Under the pieces are notes generated by a model that searched no databases, was not told the DNA's origin, and saw only the letters and a list, made by a program, of their open reading frames with translations. From positions 1-64,000 of the forward strand of contig CAUYUJ010000100.1 in NCBI GenBank assembly GCA_963575745.1: DNA of 64,000 nucleotides, written 5' to 3'. Below, piece after piece: positions 16,363-30,352 of the stretch. This stretch comes from Prorocentrum cordatum. Lineage: Eukaryota. Numbering within the stretch: position 1 is the stretch's first letter; each line of letters starts with the position of its first letter. Both the position numbers and the translations under genes were made by a program.

Positions 16363-17848
16363 CAGAGACATGCGGAGGGCAGAGGAGAGGAGGAGGAGCG
16401 AGGGGGCAGCGGGAGGAGTGGGACGCGGGGTGTTGTGGCTTCAAAACGAAGACTCAACACCACAGTATGGTTGGGAAAAAGGACTCAGGATGAACAACTT
16501 GTCTCGGGGAATAGGTCGAGACCTTTGGGGGTTGGTGTTATGGAAAATCATGACGTCGGGGGTCTGGGTTTGTCCCTTCATCTCCCTGGCTCCCCCCCTC
16601 GTATGCGGATTGCCCTATCGGCCCAGCCCCGCCCTGGGGGGAGCGCGGGTACTGCGCCGGCGCGCGACACCTTGGAGGCTGCCAGGGGGTCTTAACTGGA
16701 TGGACCTCGAGAACATCGTCCAAGAAGGGGGGATACGAACTGGACGCACCTCGGGCAACTCGTTCAAGAAGCGGGGATGAGGGCAAATCTGTTCAAAATC
16801 GGTCCCTGACGTTCTTTCGTCTCCCGTCGTCTCCATTCCACCCTCCCTCCTCATCTTCCTTTCTCCCTCCTTCCGTGCCCAGGGTCAGCCCGAGGAATCT
16901 CCCTTCGTGGCGACGTGGTTGCACCTCCCCCCCTCCCCTCAATAGGAAGATGCGAGAGAAGTTGCAGGTCGCCCGACGGAAGGTACGGGACGGTCGCATG
17001 GTTTTTTGCAAGTATGTACGGGACGGCCGGCGGGTCTTTTGCAAGTAGTGCTTGTTTTACCTCATACAACAGATGTGCCTAAGCCACCCAGGGGCTCAGA
17101 ACGTCATGAAGTTTGCTGTTTGGCTTCACACAGGGGGGCGAGTGATTACTGGTGAGCCCGTGAGACGACGTTCCGCTGGACTCCCCACGAGGCCCAGGAA
17201 GTGCCGACCCGTGTGCATCTGGGAGCACCCAGGGAGGCGAGAGCCAGAAGGATGCAGAGGCGAGGATGATGCGACACCAAAGCGAGGTGGCGGAGAAGAA
17301 GGATGAGGAGATGGACGAACAAGAGTTTCTCAGGATTGGCTGAATATGCCACATGCAGTTAGGCTGCAAGCGAGAGAGGAGGATGAGGATCACGAAGAGC
17401 ACTTGGTTTGCCAAAGCGACGGCACAATCAAAAGAGGTTGAAGGGAATACGCTGATCGCTGAGACCGTGCATTCGGCATTGTTGGTCAGCTCGCGGAGTT
17501 GGATTCGGTGGTCGAGGTTCCCCCATGTAGCATTTGACCGCCGATACGAGGAAGAGGAGGAGGAGGAGGAGGAGGAGGAGGAGGAGGAGGAGGAGGAGGA
17601 GGAGGGGGAGGAGGAGGATGAGGCGGAGGAGGAGAAGGAGGTGGAGGAGGAGGAGGAGGAGGAGGAGGAGGAGGAGGAGGCAGCAGGGGCCTGCAGGCGC
17701 CATCCGAGTGCGGACTGCTGGGTTTCCTGGCGGCTCCACGGTGCCGCCCTGCACCCCTCTCCCTCCGTCACGAGCCCGATTCAGTCGCACGCCCTTCTTC
17801 TTTTTTGCCCCGACCCTCCCGTGCTGGGTCCTCGCTTGCATTAATCTC

Positions 17849-17991
17849 CGAGCGCGTTTCGCGACTCGCAGAGTGCCTACTCGCAAGCGTCCGAAAACAC
17901 ACGTCTCCCTCGAGGGAAGGTCTCGTGCATTCCCCGCGGCGGATCCAGGCCATTTGCGCGTAGTTCCTTTGCGAATAGTGGAACGCGCTTG
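17849..17991. mobile_element. MITE-like element, family A, copy 1
   Basis: Homologous to 21767-21912; imperfect ~22-bp terminal inverted repeats. Confidence 0.6.
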
Positions 17992-18639
17992 TTGAATGAA
18001 GCACTCCTGCTCCTCCTCCTTCGTCCCCTCTCCTGCCCCTGCCCCGCTCGCTGCCTCCTGCCTCCCTGCCTGCCTCCTGCCTGCCTCCCGCCTGCGCTTC
18101 CCTGGGCGGCGGGTCCCCACCCCGAGCGCGAAGGTGCTGCAGTTCTCGAGAGGCTGGGGCCCGCTCGAGCCTTCAACGCTTTTTTTTCTTGGTTTACTCC
18201 CAGCCATCCTGTGGTGTTGGGTCCTCGCTGTGAAGAGACAGTCCCCGCGTTCTCCTGCTCCTCCTCCTCCTCCTCCTCCGCCACCTCCTCCTCCTCCTTC
18301 CTCCTCCTCCTCCTCTCTCCTCCTCCCCCCTCCTCCTCCTCCTCCTCCTCCTCCTCCTCCTCCTCCTCCTCCTCCTCCTTCTCTTTCCTGCCTGTGTCCG
18401 TAGCCTTTTTGCGGCGCGGCGCTGGCGCCAGCAGGCCTGTGAGGCCGCGCTGCGCAGCCTGGTCGCTGCGGCCGCCATGCCTGGGTCGTGGCAGGACCGC
18501 GAGCGGGTTTCCAGGCCTGCCCTGCGTCTGGCAGCGGCAGGCGCTCGCGTGCCAGGCGGCGTCAGGCGCGGGAGTGGGAGGAGCGCGGCCTGCCATGCTG
18601 CCGGGGCGCCGGCGTCGGGCTTCGCGCGGGCTTGCGACG

Positions 18640-19239
18640 CAGCCATTTCGGCGGCGGCGGCGACTCCTTCCGCAGGCCCGAGGGCTGGCAGGCGCTGGAC
18701 GCAGCGGTGCAGGAACAGGCCACGCTGGAGGAGGAGATCGAGGAGATCGTCGTCAAGATGGAGGGCGATACTTCGGACAGGCACTTCGGCCCCACGCGGC
18801 AGGGCGACGTCGCGGTCGGCCACAGCTCCCACCAGGAGGACGAGAGCTTCGGCAACATGGAGGGCGATGCTTCGGACGAGCACTTCGGCCTCACGCCGCA
18901 GACGGCGTAGCGTCCAACCACTGCTACCGCCACGAAGGCGAGAGCTGCCACAAGGTGGAGGACGATGCCTTGTACGAGTACTTCGGCCCTCCTGCGGCCT
19001 GGGCCTCTTTGGTGGCCGAGAGGGAGCGTGGGAGGCGTACGAGTCGGCCCTTCTTGCGACGACGTGCGGAGCTCGCGAGCGAGGCCAAGGCGGCCAAGCA
19101 TCGCCTCCACATCATCTTCGACGCCTGGTGGCGCGTCTGGATGTTCTTCAACGGCTGCGACGACGGCTTCGACGGCTCCTTGGGCGTGAACTGGGCGCAG
19201 CGGCCCTTCGAGCCGCAGATCGACGTCGCTGATAGCTGA
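18640..19239 (+). pseudogene. Unknown acidic protein with three ~26-aa internal repeats and a frameshift near 18900
   Basis: Strong GC3 bias; KMEGDTSDRHFG / NMEGDASDEHFG / KVEDDALYEYFG repeats continue across a frame change. 5' end uncertain. Confidence 0.55.
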
Positions 19240-19899
19240 GGTTCGGCGGGCTGGCCAGCCTGTTCGCCCACATATTCCTGTTGGGCAGCCTCGGAGCCTT
19301 TGGCTCCCTTTGAGCAGCCATTGCCCAAGCGTGCGCGACGACGCTTGCGCAGGACGAGCTCGGCAGCAGGGGGCGGGCTGCGCGGACCGCCCCAGCTCGT
19401 TGGGCAACCTACGAGTGTAGCCACTGCCCAGGCGAACCGACCGCCTGCGCGGGCAGCAGCATGGGGCTGGCTGCGCGGACAGCCTCGGCATGGCGTCGGC
19501 TGCCGTGCCAGCGGTGCACCCTGCGGGATGGTACACGCCATGTTGCTTCAGCTTCGCGAGGCCCGCCGCCGCTGTTGTGCACCGTCGGGCCACACCCCAG
19601 TAGAAGTCGTTCCTGCCTGTGCTCTCTGTACCTCCTCCTCCTCCTTCTCCTCCTTCCCTCCTTTTTGACGTTGGCCATGCATGACGCGCGAGCTTGTTGT
19701 GTTGCTGGATGCAGGGCAACGAACATGCTCCTCCTCCTCCTCCCTCCTCCTCCTCGAACCTTCGATGCGTTCTTTGTTTTTTGTTTTTCTTGCTGGAGCC
19801 TGGGACTCTCCACGGCCAGGCTCTCTGTAAGACGCTCCTTCTGGGGGGCCAGCTTGGACGGGTGGTTGCAGCCCGCAGGGTAAACAACAAGTGCCCTTG

Positions 19900-20860
19900 G
19901 GCGGTGCGAGCTGCGCAACTGTGGCCAGCTCCGCGAAATCCTGGCGGGTCCAGCGGAGTGCGGTCCTACGCGCATCCCCACAGGACCTCGCGCTTCGCGG
20001 GCGCAGTCCACCGCGCAGCTGCTGTCGCCGCTTCTGTGGGTTCCTCGGGGGTCCAGCGGAGGGCGGGCCAACGCACATCCCTACAGGACCGCGCTTTTCG
20101 TGGGCGTTGCCGACATTCGCTGCCAGAGTCGTAAGCTGTCGGCGGATTGACGGGGCGCGGTCCTACGCGCATTCTAACGAGACATCGCGCTCCCCGGGTG
20201 GGGCCGACTGCGCAACGGCTCCACGCGGTCCTTCGCGCATCCAAACAAAGCCTTGCGCTCCTTGGGATTGGGCAGCTGCGAAGCTGTCGCAACTTCTGTG
20301 GGGTCCTTGGGGGGTCAGCGGAGCTCGGTCCGCAGCTACCACCAGCTTCGTAATATCCAGGGGGTCCAGCGGGGTTCGGTCCCACGCGGACATGGGACCT
20401 CGCCCCTCGCCCTCTCTGGGCGCTGCTAGCTGCGCGACTGCCATCAATTGGATTGGCTCCTGGGAGATCCAGCGGAGCGTGGTTATACGCACATCCAAAC
20501 GGGGTTTCACATTCCGTGGGCGCTGCCAACTGTCGCCAGTTTCGTGAGCTCCTGGGAGCGCGGCCCCCCACACATCCGAACGAGACCTCGTTGGCGCTCC
20601 CAACCGCACAACTGTCGCCGCTTTTGTGAGCTCGTGGGGGTCCAGCGGAGCGGTCACCTCGCCTCCCTCGGCGCTGCCAGCTGCGCAGCTGTCGCCACTT
20701 TCGCGGGCCCCTGGAGGCTCCAGCGGAGCGTGGTTCTACGCACACTCTGGCGGGACCTCGACCGCCCTGGGTGTTTCCAATTGTGCAACTCACCACCTCC
20801 GCAGGTCCCTGGGATGTCCAGCGGTGCGCAATCCTACACGCATACACGCGAAGCCTCGCG
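19900..20860 (+). repeat. Degenerate tandem array (~100-bp unit) related to the 28676-30352 array
   Basis: Recurring caactgtcgcc...gggggtccagcggag...gacctcgc skeleton. Confidence 0.7.
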
Positions 20861-20949
20861 CTGTGGGTGCTGCCACCTGCGCAGATGCCACAACTTGGAT
20901 GACACCACATGCCAGTATGCACCTAGTGGATCGCATCGGGTCGATTGCA

Positions 20950-21395
20950 CAATGTAGGTTGCACCACATCGAATTCACCATGCGCATGTCTAATAGTGTG
21001 TTTGCCAGCGTGGCCCCGCACAGTGAGATGTTGAAGTGAGGATGTGTATTCTCTGTCGTGTAATACATGGGGTGTGATCGATGTGGCGTGAATTGTGAGG
21101 TGTTAGCTATGTGGTGCAGCATATGCGGTGTAATACTTGTGGTGTGAGTTATGCAGTGTAAGCTCCGTGGTACAATCTAGGTGGTAGGAGCTATGTGGTA
21201 GAAGCTACATGGTGCAGTGCACGTGGTTCAAGCAACCTGATGTGAGACACGTGGTGCAAGCTCTGTGGTGCAATCTAGGTGGTGTGAGTTATGACATCTT
21301 GTGATCTATGCGGTGTGAGCGATCTGGTGCACTTTGGGCAGTATGAGCTACGAGCGGTGAGCCAGGTGGTGCCGTCTACCTGGTGTGAGCTGTGC
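20950..21395. repeat. Degenerate ~20-bp minisatellite (tgtggtg-containing)
   Basis: Recurrent atgtggtg/gtggtgcaa/gtgtgag words. Confidence 0.6.
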
Positions 21396-21766
21396 AGTGG
21401 ACGCACGACGCGGCCACGAGGGGGCCACGGGCGGCATCGTGGCGACGCCTCGCTGGGCCCATCGAGCTTCTTGTGCAGGCACTGCCCGGGGCACACTGGG
21501 CAGCGCGGCCTGCGCCACACAGTTCGCCCTCTCGTGTGGGCCGTCGCCGCTGCTCCTTGCCGCTGATGTCTTGGGCACGCCCCTGGGTGGCCACCTGCCT
21601 CTCTGGCATTATTTCGATGCTCCTGCCCTACCGAGCGAGGGGGTCGACTGCGCCGCCGCGCTTGCAAGCCGCGGCGCCCCGGCGCCACGGGTGCCCGGCC
21701 GGCACCCTCTGCGGCGATGGCGGCGGCCGTGATGGGGCGCGCCGAATTCTCCCGCCCGCCTGCCAC

Positions 21767-21912
21767 CGAGCGCGTTCCGCTTCTCGCAAAGTGCCTACTC
21801 GCAAACGTCCGAAAAAACAGATGTCTGCTTTGATGTAATCAATCGTAGATTCCTCGCGGCGGGTCCAAGCCATTTGCGAGCAGTGATTTCTGCGAGCAGT
21901 GGAACGTGCTCG
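21767..21912. mobile_element. MITE-like element, family A, copy 2
   Basis: cgagcgcgttccgcttctcgca ... tgcgagcagtggaacgtgctcg inverted termini. Confidence 0.7.
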
Positions 21913-21959
21913 TCTAGCTTGGCTGGATCGAGCTCGGGGTGGGGGCAAGAGGGGAGGGG

Positions 21960-22161
21960 TTCGGCAGCAAATCATGAGAGCCTTGTGTGTGCCCTCGTAA
22001 TATTTTGTTTTCAGGGTGCACCAGCGTCGATCAGCCTCTGGCAGTCGATGAGATAGCGCCGATGCAGCGTTGAGGAGCGTCGATTCGGCCTGACGTCGAC
22101 TAGCGTCGATTCACAAGAGCCAACAGGGTGGCATGGCAGGCTCCCATGATTTGCCGCAGAA
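21960..22161. mobile_element. MITE-like element, family B, copy 1 (internal gcgtcgat repeats)
   Basis: ttcggcagcaaatcatgagagcct ... aggctcccatgatttgccgcagaa; homologous to 35992-36218. Confidence 0.75.
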
Positions 22162-22525
22162 GGCCCGGCGGCGAGCGAGGGGGGAAGTGAGAAGGAGAAG
22201 GCTCTCTCAGAAGGCGAGGGGACTCCTCAGAAGCCTCACAGCGCCCTCCGAGAAGCTGCTCTCTGTGCCTTCGGGGAAGGCGCAAAAAGCTCCTCCGAGG
22301 GCCCGGGGGACTCCGAGCCCTCCGAGAAGGCCTCCTCCTCCTCGGACTCCCAGTTTTTCGGCCACGCTCGGGGCGACCCGGGCACCCCCGGCACGCCGCC
22401 CCGGGCGGGGCGCAGCCGCGGGAGCGCATCCCGAGGCTGGAAAGCCGCCGAGAAGCGCCGAGACCGCCCGAGTCGGGTATAGCCAATTTGGACCCCAGGT
22501 ATGGGGACCCGGTTGGTGGTAGGTC

Positions 22526-22691
22526 ACCACCCACCAAACCACCCCAACCCAACCCGAAGGCCCCAATTTGCCCTCCATTTTCAGTGGGGGGGCGGTCGGG
22601 AAACATCGAACAAAAACACATGTGGAACCCTTACCCCCCCCAACCCGAAATTCGGGTCTTCGGGTTGGGTTGGGGTGGTCTGGTAGGTAGT
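22526..22691. mobile_element. MITE-like element, family C, copy 1
   Basis: ~34-bp TIR ...ccaccccaacccaacccgaag / cttcgggttgggttggggtgg...; homologous to 46874-47028. Confidence 0.8.
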
Positions 22692-23313
22692 CAGGTATAG
22701 CTAGGACCCCAGTTAAAGGGGACCCGGTTGGTGGTAGGGCCCCGGAGCCCCTGAGTTGGCCAGAACCGCTAAACCAGGTTTGCCGTAGCCAGTGTTTTTT
22801 CGGGTGACGGCAGTTCCGGTCAGTGCAAGGGGGCGGGGGGGGGGCGTTCCCCAGTACATGTTCCTAAACCAGGTCCCACTAAACCCAGTTCTGCCAACGC
22901 CCGACCGAGAGCCTCGAACCTCGAGCCCGAAACTCCCGAACGGTCCCCCCCCTCCCGCTCGCCGCCGATGGAGAATATGTCCACTGCTTCGTGCAAATCG
23001 AGAAAAAATAGCCGGGACATCTGATATGGATGTTGAGTAGGCCTACGATTGCGAGCTATAACGTGGTTTCTTACGTGTACGTGTGTGTGTGTGTGTGTGT
23101 GTGCGTATGAATGCGCGTACTCATGTGCGTGCGCGTATGCATGTTTTTTCGAGCGTATGTGTGTAGGCATCTACCGCTTCCTCCCCTCATCCTGCATGGA
23201 GGCAGAGTTCGCCCAACGTTGCCCCGTTTCGCTCCACTCGCTGGTGCAGTCCCTCCGCCCAGCCGCCGACGCCGCTCGTAGGAGGAAAAAGGTACCCATA
23301 CCGCTACCCTTCA

Positions 23314-23467
23314 GTCGGGCATGTCCCTCTACAGGAGGAAGATTCAAAACTAGGCAAAAAGTAGTCAGGGGACTTTTCTTCGACAATTGTTTCCAATTAT
23401 TTTAGGATACGTGCTGACTATATTTTATTCTTCGTACAAAATCCGCCTGTAGGGGGACATGCCCGAC
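23314..23467. mobile_element. MITE-like element, family D, copy 1 (AT-rich interior)
   Basis: gtcgggcatgtccctctacagg ... cctgtagggggacatgcccgac, a 22-bp TIR with 1 mismatch. Confidence 0.8.
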
Positions 23468-24026
23468 CTAACGCTACCCCTCTCTCGTTTTCCCCCTCCG
23501 AGCATCCTGGGAGGCCCTCGTCACCACCGCTGGGTTCGCCTCGAAGTTCTGGTCAGAACGCGCCCTGGGACAGGGCCGGGGAGCAGCGGTATCAGTACCC
23601 TCTTTGTCTCTCCGTTTTCGACGAGGCATGGGGCCGCTCAGAAAAGGAAGGGAGCCCTGGGTGAACCCCCTCCTCCTCCTCCTCCTCCTCCTCCTCCTCC
23701 TCCTCCTCCTCCTCCTCCTCCTCCTCCGCCTACCCCCCCCTCCCCCCCCTCCTCCGCCTTCCTCCTCCTCTTCCTCCTCCTCCTCCTCCTCCTCCTCCTC
23801 CGCCGTCGAGGCTGGGCGCCCTCCCCCATCGTGCATGCCAGGCTTGGGCCCCGACTCCCTGGTCCAGCCGAGGAGCCCCACGACGCCTGGAGAAGGGGGG
23901 CCGACACGCCCCCGGTTGTGCGCCGCGGGCTGCCTCCCGCGCAGGGCCGCTCCCGCGTGCGGCCGAGCGGGCTGTCGCCCCCGGGCCCGTCTTCCCGCGG
24001 CTGGCCTGCCTGGCATCGCTCGGACG

Positions 24027-24058
<32 letters not shown>

Positions 24059-25674
24059 TTCCTCCCTCGGCGAGGACCATCGAGGAGCACCCTTGGTCAT
24101 CGAGCCAGGAGAGCGCGCGCGAAGCCGGCGCCAAAAGGTCATCGAGCCGCAGTGCACGGGGGACGGACGTCCGGGCGATGGCAGGCCTGGGAAGAGGGTG
24201 TGTGTGGGGGGGGAAGGACGTGCGCGGCCACTCTCCCGCGCAGGGTGCCTCGGGACCTCCTGCGGGATGGGGCGCCTTTCTTGAATGTCTGATGGCCTTC
24301 GGCCCATGCCGCCACCGTGCCCGACCTCGCCGGTGTGAAGCCCACTGGATGTTTGTCGGGATCTCGTGGGAGGCTTCTCGGGGGCCTCTTGGGAGGCAGT
24401 CTGGACGCCGCCTGGGGGGCCGTTGGTGCGCCTGGCCCGAGTGTTCTCCGTCCTCTCTCGACCAGGGGGGCGGCTTCCTCGAGCGAGGGTGCGCGGGGGA
24501 CGGGAGGGCAGGCGGCAGGGCAGCAGGAGGGGGCAGGGGAGTGGGGGGGAGGGAGAAGGGCAGGGGGAGGACGTGGGAAGGGGAAGATGGCGAGTGGGTT
24601 CTCGTGGCCGAGGCAGTTCCTGTCGATCAGAGCCGCCAGTGAGGCTTTTGGTGGAGGAGGAGGAGGAGGAGGAGGAGGAGGAGGAGGAGGAGGAGGAGGA
24701 GGAGGAGGAGGAGGAGGAGGAGGAGGAGAGGAGGGGCAGGAGGAGGAGGAGGAGGAGGAGGAGTGAGGAGGAGGGAGGAGGAGGAGGCGGAGGACGAGGA
24801 GGAGGAGGAGGAGGAGGAGGGAGGAGGAGGAGGAGGAGGAGGAGGAGGAGCAGCAGGAGCAGGAGCAAGGGGACCAGGAGCAGGAGCATCAGCATCAGCA
24901 GGAGCAGGAGCAAGAGCAGGAGCAGGAGCAGGAGGAGGACAGACAAGGAGGGAGGCGGCCGGAGTGAACCCAAGATACATCGGACATGCTGCGACCCCCC
25001 CCCCCCGTCCCAAGAGTCCCCTCCCCAGCAGTCCCACCAGCATCCTGCCTCACCTGCGCGAATCGCCCGCCGTGGTACACACGAGCGCCCTGCACCCCTG
25101 GCAACCCTGGCCGACCCCTGCGCCCCCGGTCGGCCCCTGCGCCGCCGGCCTCCTCCCCCCGCCTCAGGCCGCGCGACGTGCTGGGCAGCTCGTCGTGGCC
25201 GCCGCTGGGAGGCCCGCCTGGGGACCCCCGCGCGCGGGCCACCGGCCTTCTCCGCCGTCTTGCCGGCTCCGGTGAGCCCAGGAGGTAAGGCTATTCTAGA
25301 GTCTAGGGTAGGGCCTAGAGTAGCCAAGCAGCTCGGCCGCCCGAGAGCGCCATGCAGCGGCCGGTCCCCTGGAGCCATCTCGGCGCACGCTGGGGGCCGA
25401 GTCCTTGGCTGCGCTTCCCGGGTCTGGGGAAGAGTCGCGCGGGGCGCGGGCATTCCCAAGAGCGCCCGGGAGTGTTTCGGACAGAGCCTCGAAAGCCCCT
25501 GGCCGGGCTTTCTCTTGCCGTTTGCAGGCCAGGTTTGCTGCCCTTTGTGCCACGTGTCTCGATGGCCGATGCCGGCAGTCCTGGTGGCCCGAAGTCCGAT
25601 TCCTCCACCGTGCCTGTCCCAGTTTGACTTCCCCCCTTCTGCTGAAGCTCCAGCCAGGCCGGTCGACCGTGCGC

Positions 25675-25945
25675 GGAAGCTAGACTACGGCCTTGAACGG
25701 AGCCTCTTTTTTTCCTACCCGTTTCTCATCCAGGAGGTGGCACTTCCTTCTGGCTGACCCCTTCTTCCTCGTCGCTGCAAGCACTGCTCCGCGGAGGGTG
25801 GCGGGGGGGGGGACAGAGGGCGAAGCTGGACTACGGCCTTGAACGGAGCCTTACCTTTCTGACCCGTTTCTCGTCCAGGAGGTGGACCCACTCTTCCTCC
25901 GCGTCGCTGCAAGCATTGCTCGGCGGAGAATGGCGGGGGGGGGAC
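25675..25945 (+). repeat. ~145-bp tandem duplication
   Basis: gactacggccttgaacggagcct...acccgtttctc.tccaggaggtgg...gtcgctgcaagca occurs twice. Confidence 0.85.
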
Positions 25946-25947
25946 GG

Positions 25948-26121
25948 CGGGCGCGTCCCTCTACAGGAGGAACATTCAAGAATAGTCAAAACAACACTCT
26001 GGGTATTTTTGTTGAGTATTGTGTCACCTTCTTTAGGTATTTTTGATCATGTTTGAATATTGTTGGGTATTTTTTTTGAGTAGTATTTTTCGTCACAAAT
26101 CGGCCTGTAGGGGGTGCGACC
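25948..26121. mobile_element. MITE-like element, family D, copy 2
   Basis: gtccctctacaggaggaa.attcaa ... gcctgtaggggg. Confidence 0.7.
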
Positions 26122-26252
26122 TCGGCCATCCGCTGCAGCATGCGGTGCTCGGGATCGGTGCATGCGGTCAGAGCGAACCCTGGGTTGCCCCCCTTCCCCC
26201 CGCTCTCCTGCCCTTGCCCGCGCTCTCCCGCGTGCGCGGGAGCGTGCTGGGG

Positions 26253-27483
<1,231 letters not shown>

Positions 27484-28675
27484 GGCGGGAGGGGATTTGG
27501 GACAAGCTAGGTGCGCTAGCGTCACATCTTCCCATCCTTTACCATGGCGTAGATCTCCTTTTTATTCGCACAGTGGGAAATGGACCGGCGCTGCATCGGA
27601 AGGACGATGTAGAGACCGAAAACGAGGATGAGGCCACCGCAGCAGCTAGCCCGATTTGGAAGGACCGCAGCACTGGAACGAGGCCAGCGCTACAGCGACA
27701 GCGCTACTTGGAAGGACCGAACACGCCAGAGCTGCTGCGGGAACACGATTTGGAACAACTGGAGGCGCGGGAACGAGGCCAGCGCTGCAGCGGGAGCACG
27801 ATTTTGAATGACGGAGACGCGGAAATGAGGGCGGCGCTGCAGCGGGAACACCATTTTGGAATAAACGGAAACGAGCGGATTGAAAAAACAGGAGAAACCA
27901 AACAATATTCGGAGAGGACGGGATACTCTCTGGACAGTCAGGGGAGAGGAGAATAGTATTCATATGGTGTAATTGTGGAGAGAGGTCCCGCTCTGGGAGA
28001 AGACTCCTCGTCGGTCCCCGTGTCAGGGGCACTGCATCCTTTTACGTGTAGGAGGCCGCCCCTCTTGGGCTGCGCTTCCAGGCCCCGAGTGGCCGCGGGG
28101 CTTTGACGATGTTGTTTTCAAAGCTGCTACGATGCCCTCGTCCTCGTCCTCTGCCTCTTCCTCATCCTCACCCTACCCAGCGGTCCAAGCTTGGGAGGGG
28201 GCCTCTTTCCAGGGCGCAGCCTGGGTCTCTTTCGGCTCCGCCTTTGGGCCGACCCCGGAGTTGAAATCCGTTTGGGGGCCTCGCTTGCTGGCGTTTGCTC
28301 CTGCCAGTGCTTCTGCCTCGACCAGCGAAGTGAGTAGGGACCAGGGGGTGGAAGGTTGCGGGTTGAAGCCTGCCGCGCCTTCCCAGCTTTGACGCCGTCA
28401 GCGTCGCGCTTTTGCACGGCTCTGTCTCGCCCGAGGAAGTTGCGCGCTGGGAGATACAGTCAAGTCGCATAGTAAGGATGAGAAGCTTCCCAAGGTTTCC
28501 CTTGCATCCTTGCCTTTTCGGCCCATCCTCGGCGACTTTCGCTGGCCAGCCCCGCTCGAAAAACTTTATTCCCAACCCTCCTTGGTTGGGCATTCGTTTT
28601 GAATAGAGCAGTGTGGTCGCGTCCCTTCTCCCTTCTCCCGCCTCCCGCCTCCCGCCTCTTCTTGTCTTGCCTGTG

Positions 28676-30352
28676 GGGGGCTGCGATCTGTGAAACTGTC
28701 GCCACTTTCGAGGCCTGCTGGGGGGTCCGGCATAAAGGGTAATTGCGGCATATTCAAATTAGACCTCGCCATCCCTGGGGGGCTGCGATCTGTGAAACTG
28801 TCGCCACTTTCGAGGCCTGCTGGGGGGTCCTGCATAGAGGGTAACCGCGGCAGATTCAAATTAGACCTCGCCATCCCTGGGGGGCTGCGATCTTTGAAAC
28901 TGTCGCCAGTTACGAGGCCTGCTGGGGGGTCCGGCATAGAGGGTAACCGCGGCAGATTCAAATTAGACCTCGCCATCCCTGGGGTTGCGATCTGTGAAAT
29001 TGTCGCCACTTTCGAGGCCTGCTGGGGGGTCCAGCATAAAGGTTAATCGCGGCAGATTCAAATTAGACCTCGCCATCTCTGGGGGGCTGCGATCTGTGAA
29101 ACTGTCGCCACTTTCGAGGCCTGCTGGGGGGTCCGGCATAAAGGGTAATTGCGGCAGATTCAAATTAGACCTCGCCATCCCTGGGGGGCTGCGATCTGTG
29201 AAACTGTCGCCACTTTCGAGGCCTGCTGGGGGGTCCTGCATAGAGGGTAATCGCGGCAGATTCGAATTAGACCTCGCCATCCCTGGGGGCTGCGATCTGT
29301 GAAACTGTCGCCAGTTTCGAGGCCTGCTGGGGGGTCCAGCATAGAGGGTAATCGCGGCAGATCCAAATTAGACCTCGCCCTCCCTGGGGGGCTGCGATCT
29401 GTGAAACTGTCGCCACTTTCGAGGCCTGCTGGGGGGCTCAGCATAGAGGGTAATCGCGGCAGATTCAAATTAGACCTCGCCATCCCTGGGGGGGGGGGGC
29501 TGCGATCTGTGAAACTGTCGCCACTTTCGAGGCCTGCTGGGGGGTCCAGCATAGAGGGTAATCGCGGCAGATCCAAATTAGACCTCGCCCTCCTTGGGGG
29601 GCTGCGATCTGTGAAACTATCGCCACGTTCTAGGCCTGCTGGGGGGTTCAGCACAGTGGGTAATCGCCGCATATTCAAATTAGACCTCGCCATCCCTGGG
29701 GCTGCGATTTGTGAAACTGTCGCCACTTTCGAGGTCTGCTGGGGGGCCCAGCACAGTGAGGGCCACGGGCAGATTCAAGTTAGATCTCGCCATCCCTGGG
29801 GGGGGCTGCGATCTGTGAAACTGTCGCCACATTTCGAGGCCTGCTGGGGGGCCCAGCACAGTGAGGGCCACGCGCGGATTCAAATTAGACCTCGCCATCC
29901 CTGGGGGGCTGCGATCTGTGAAACTGTCGCCATTTTCGAGGCCTGCTGGGGGGCCCAGCACAGTGAGGGCCACGCGCGGATTCAAATTAGACCTCGCCAT
30001 CCCTGGGGGGCTGCGATCTGCGAAACTGTCGCCATTTTCGAGGCCTGCTGGGGGGCCCAGCACAGTGAGGGCCACGCGCGGATTCAAATTAGACCTCGCC
30101 ATCCCTGGGGGGCTGCGATCTGCGAAACTGTCGCAATTTTCGAGGCCTGCTGGGGGGCCCAGCACAGTGAGGGCCACGCGCGGATTCAAATTAGACCTCG
30201 CCATCCCTGGGGGGCTGCGATCTGCGAAACTGCCGCCATTTTCGAGGCCTGCTGGGGGGCCCAGCACAGTGAGGGCCACGGGCAGATTCAAATGAGACCT
30301 CGCCATCCCTGCGGGGCTGCGATCTGTGAACTTGTCGCCACTTTCGAGGCCT
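28676..30352 (+). repeat. Tandem array, 102-bp unit, ~16 copies, two subtypes
   Basis: ctgcgatctgtgaaactgtcgccactttcgaggcctgctggggggtccagcatagagggtaatcgcggcagattcaaattagacctcgccatccctgggggg; first two units start at 28681 and 28783. Confidence 0.97.

Noticed and set aside
17300..17545. Possible decayed endonuclease or coding fragment
   Set aside because: It has an in-frame stop and no motif I can identify with confidence.
22782..22791. gccgtagcca, the 5' half of DinoSL
   Set aside because: The 3' half does not match and no credible CDS follows.
23474..25757. 661-aa and 463-aa GC-rich ORFs
   Set aside because: They run through GGA/CCT and poly-T tracts with no codon bias or recognisable domain.
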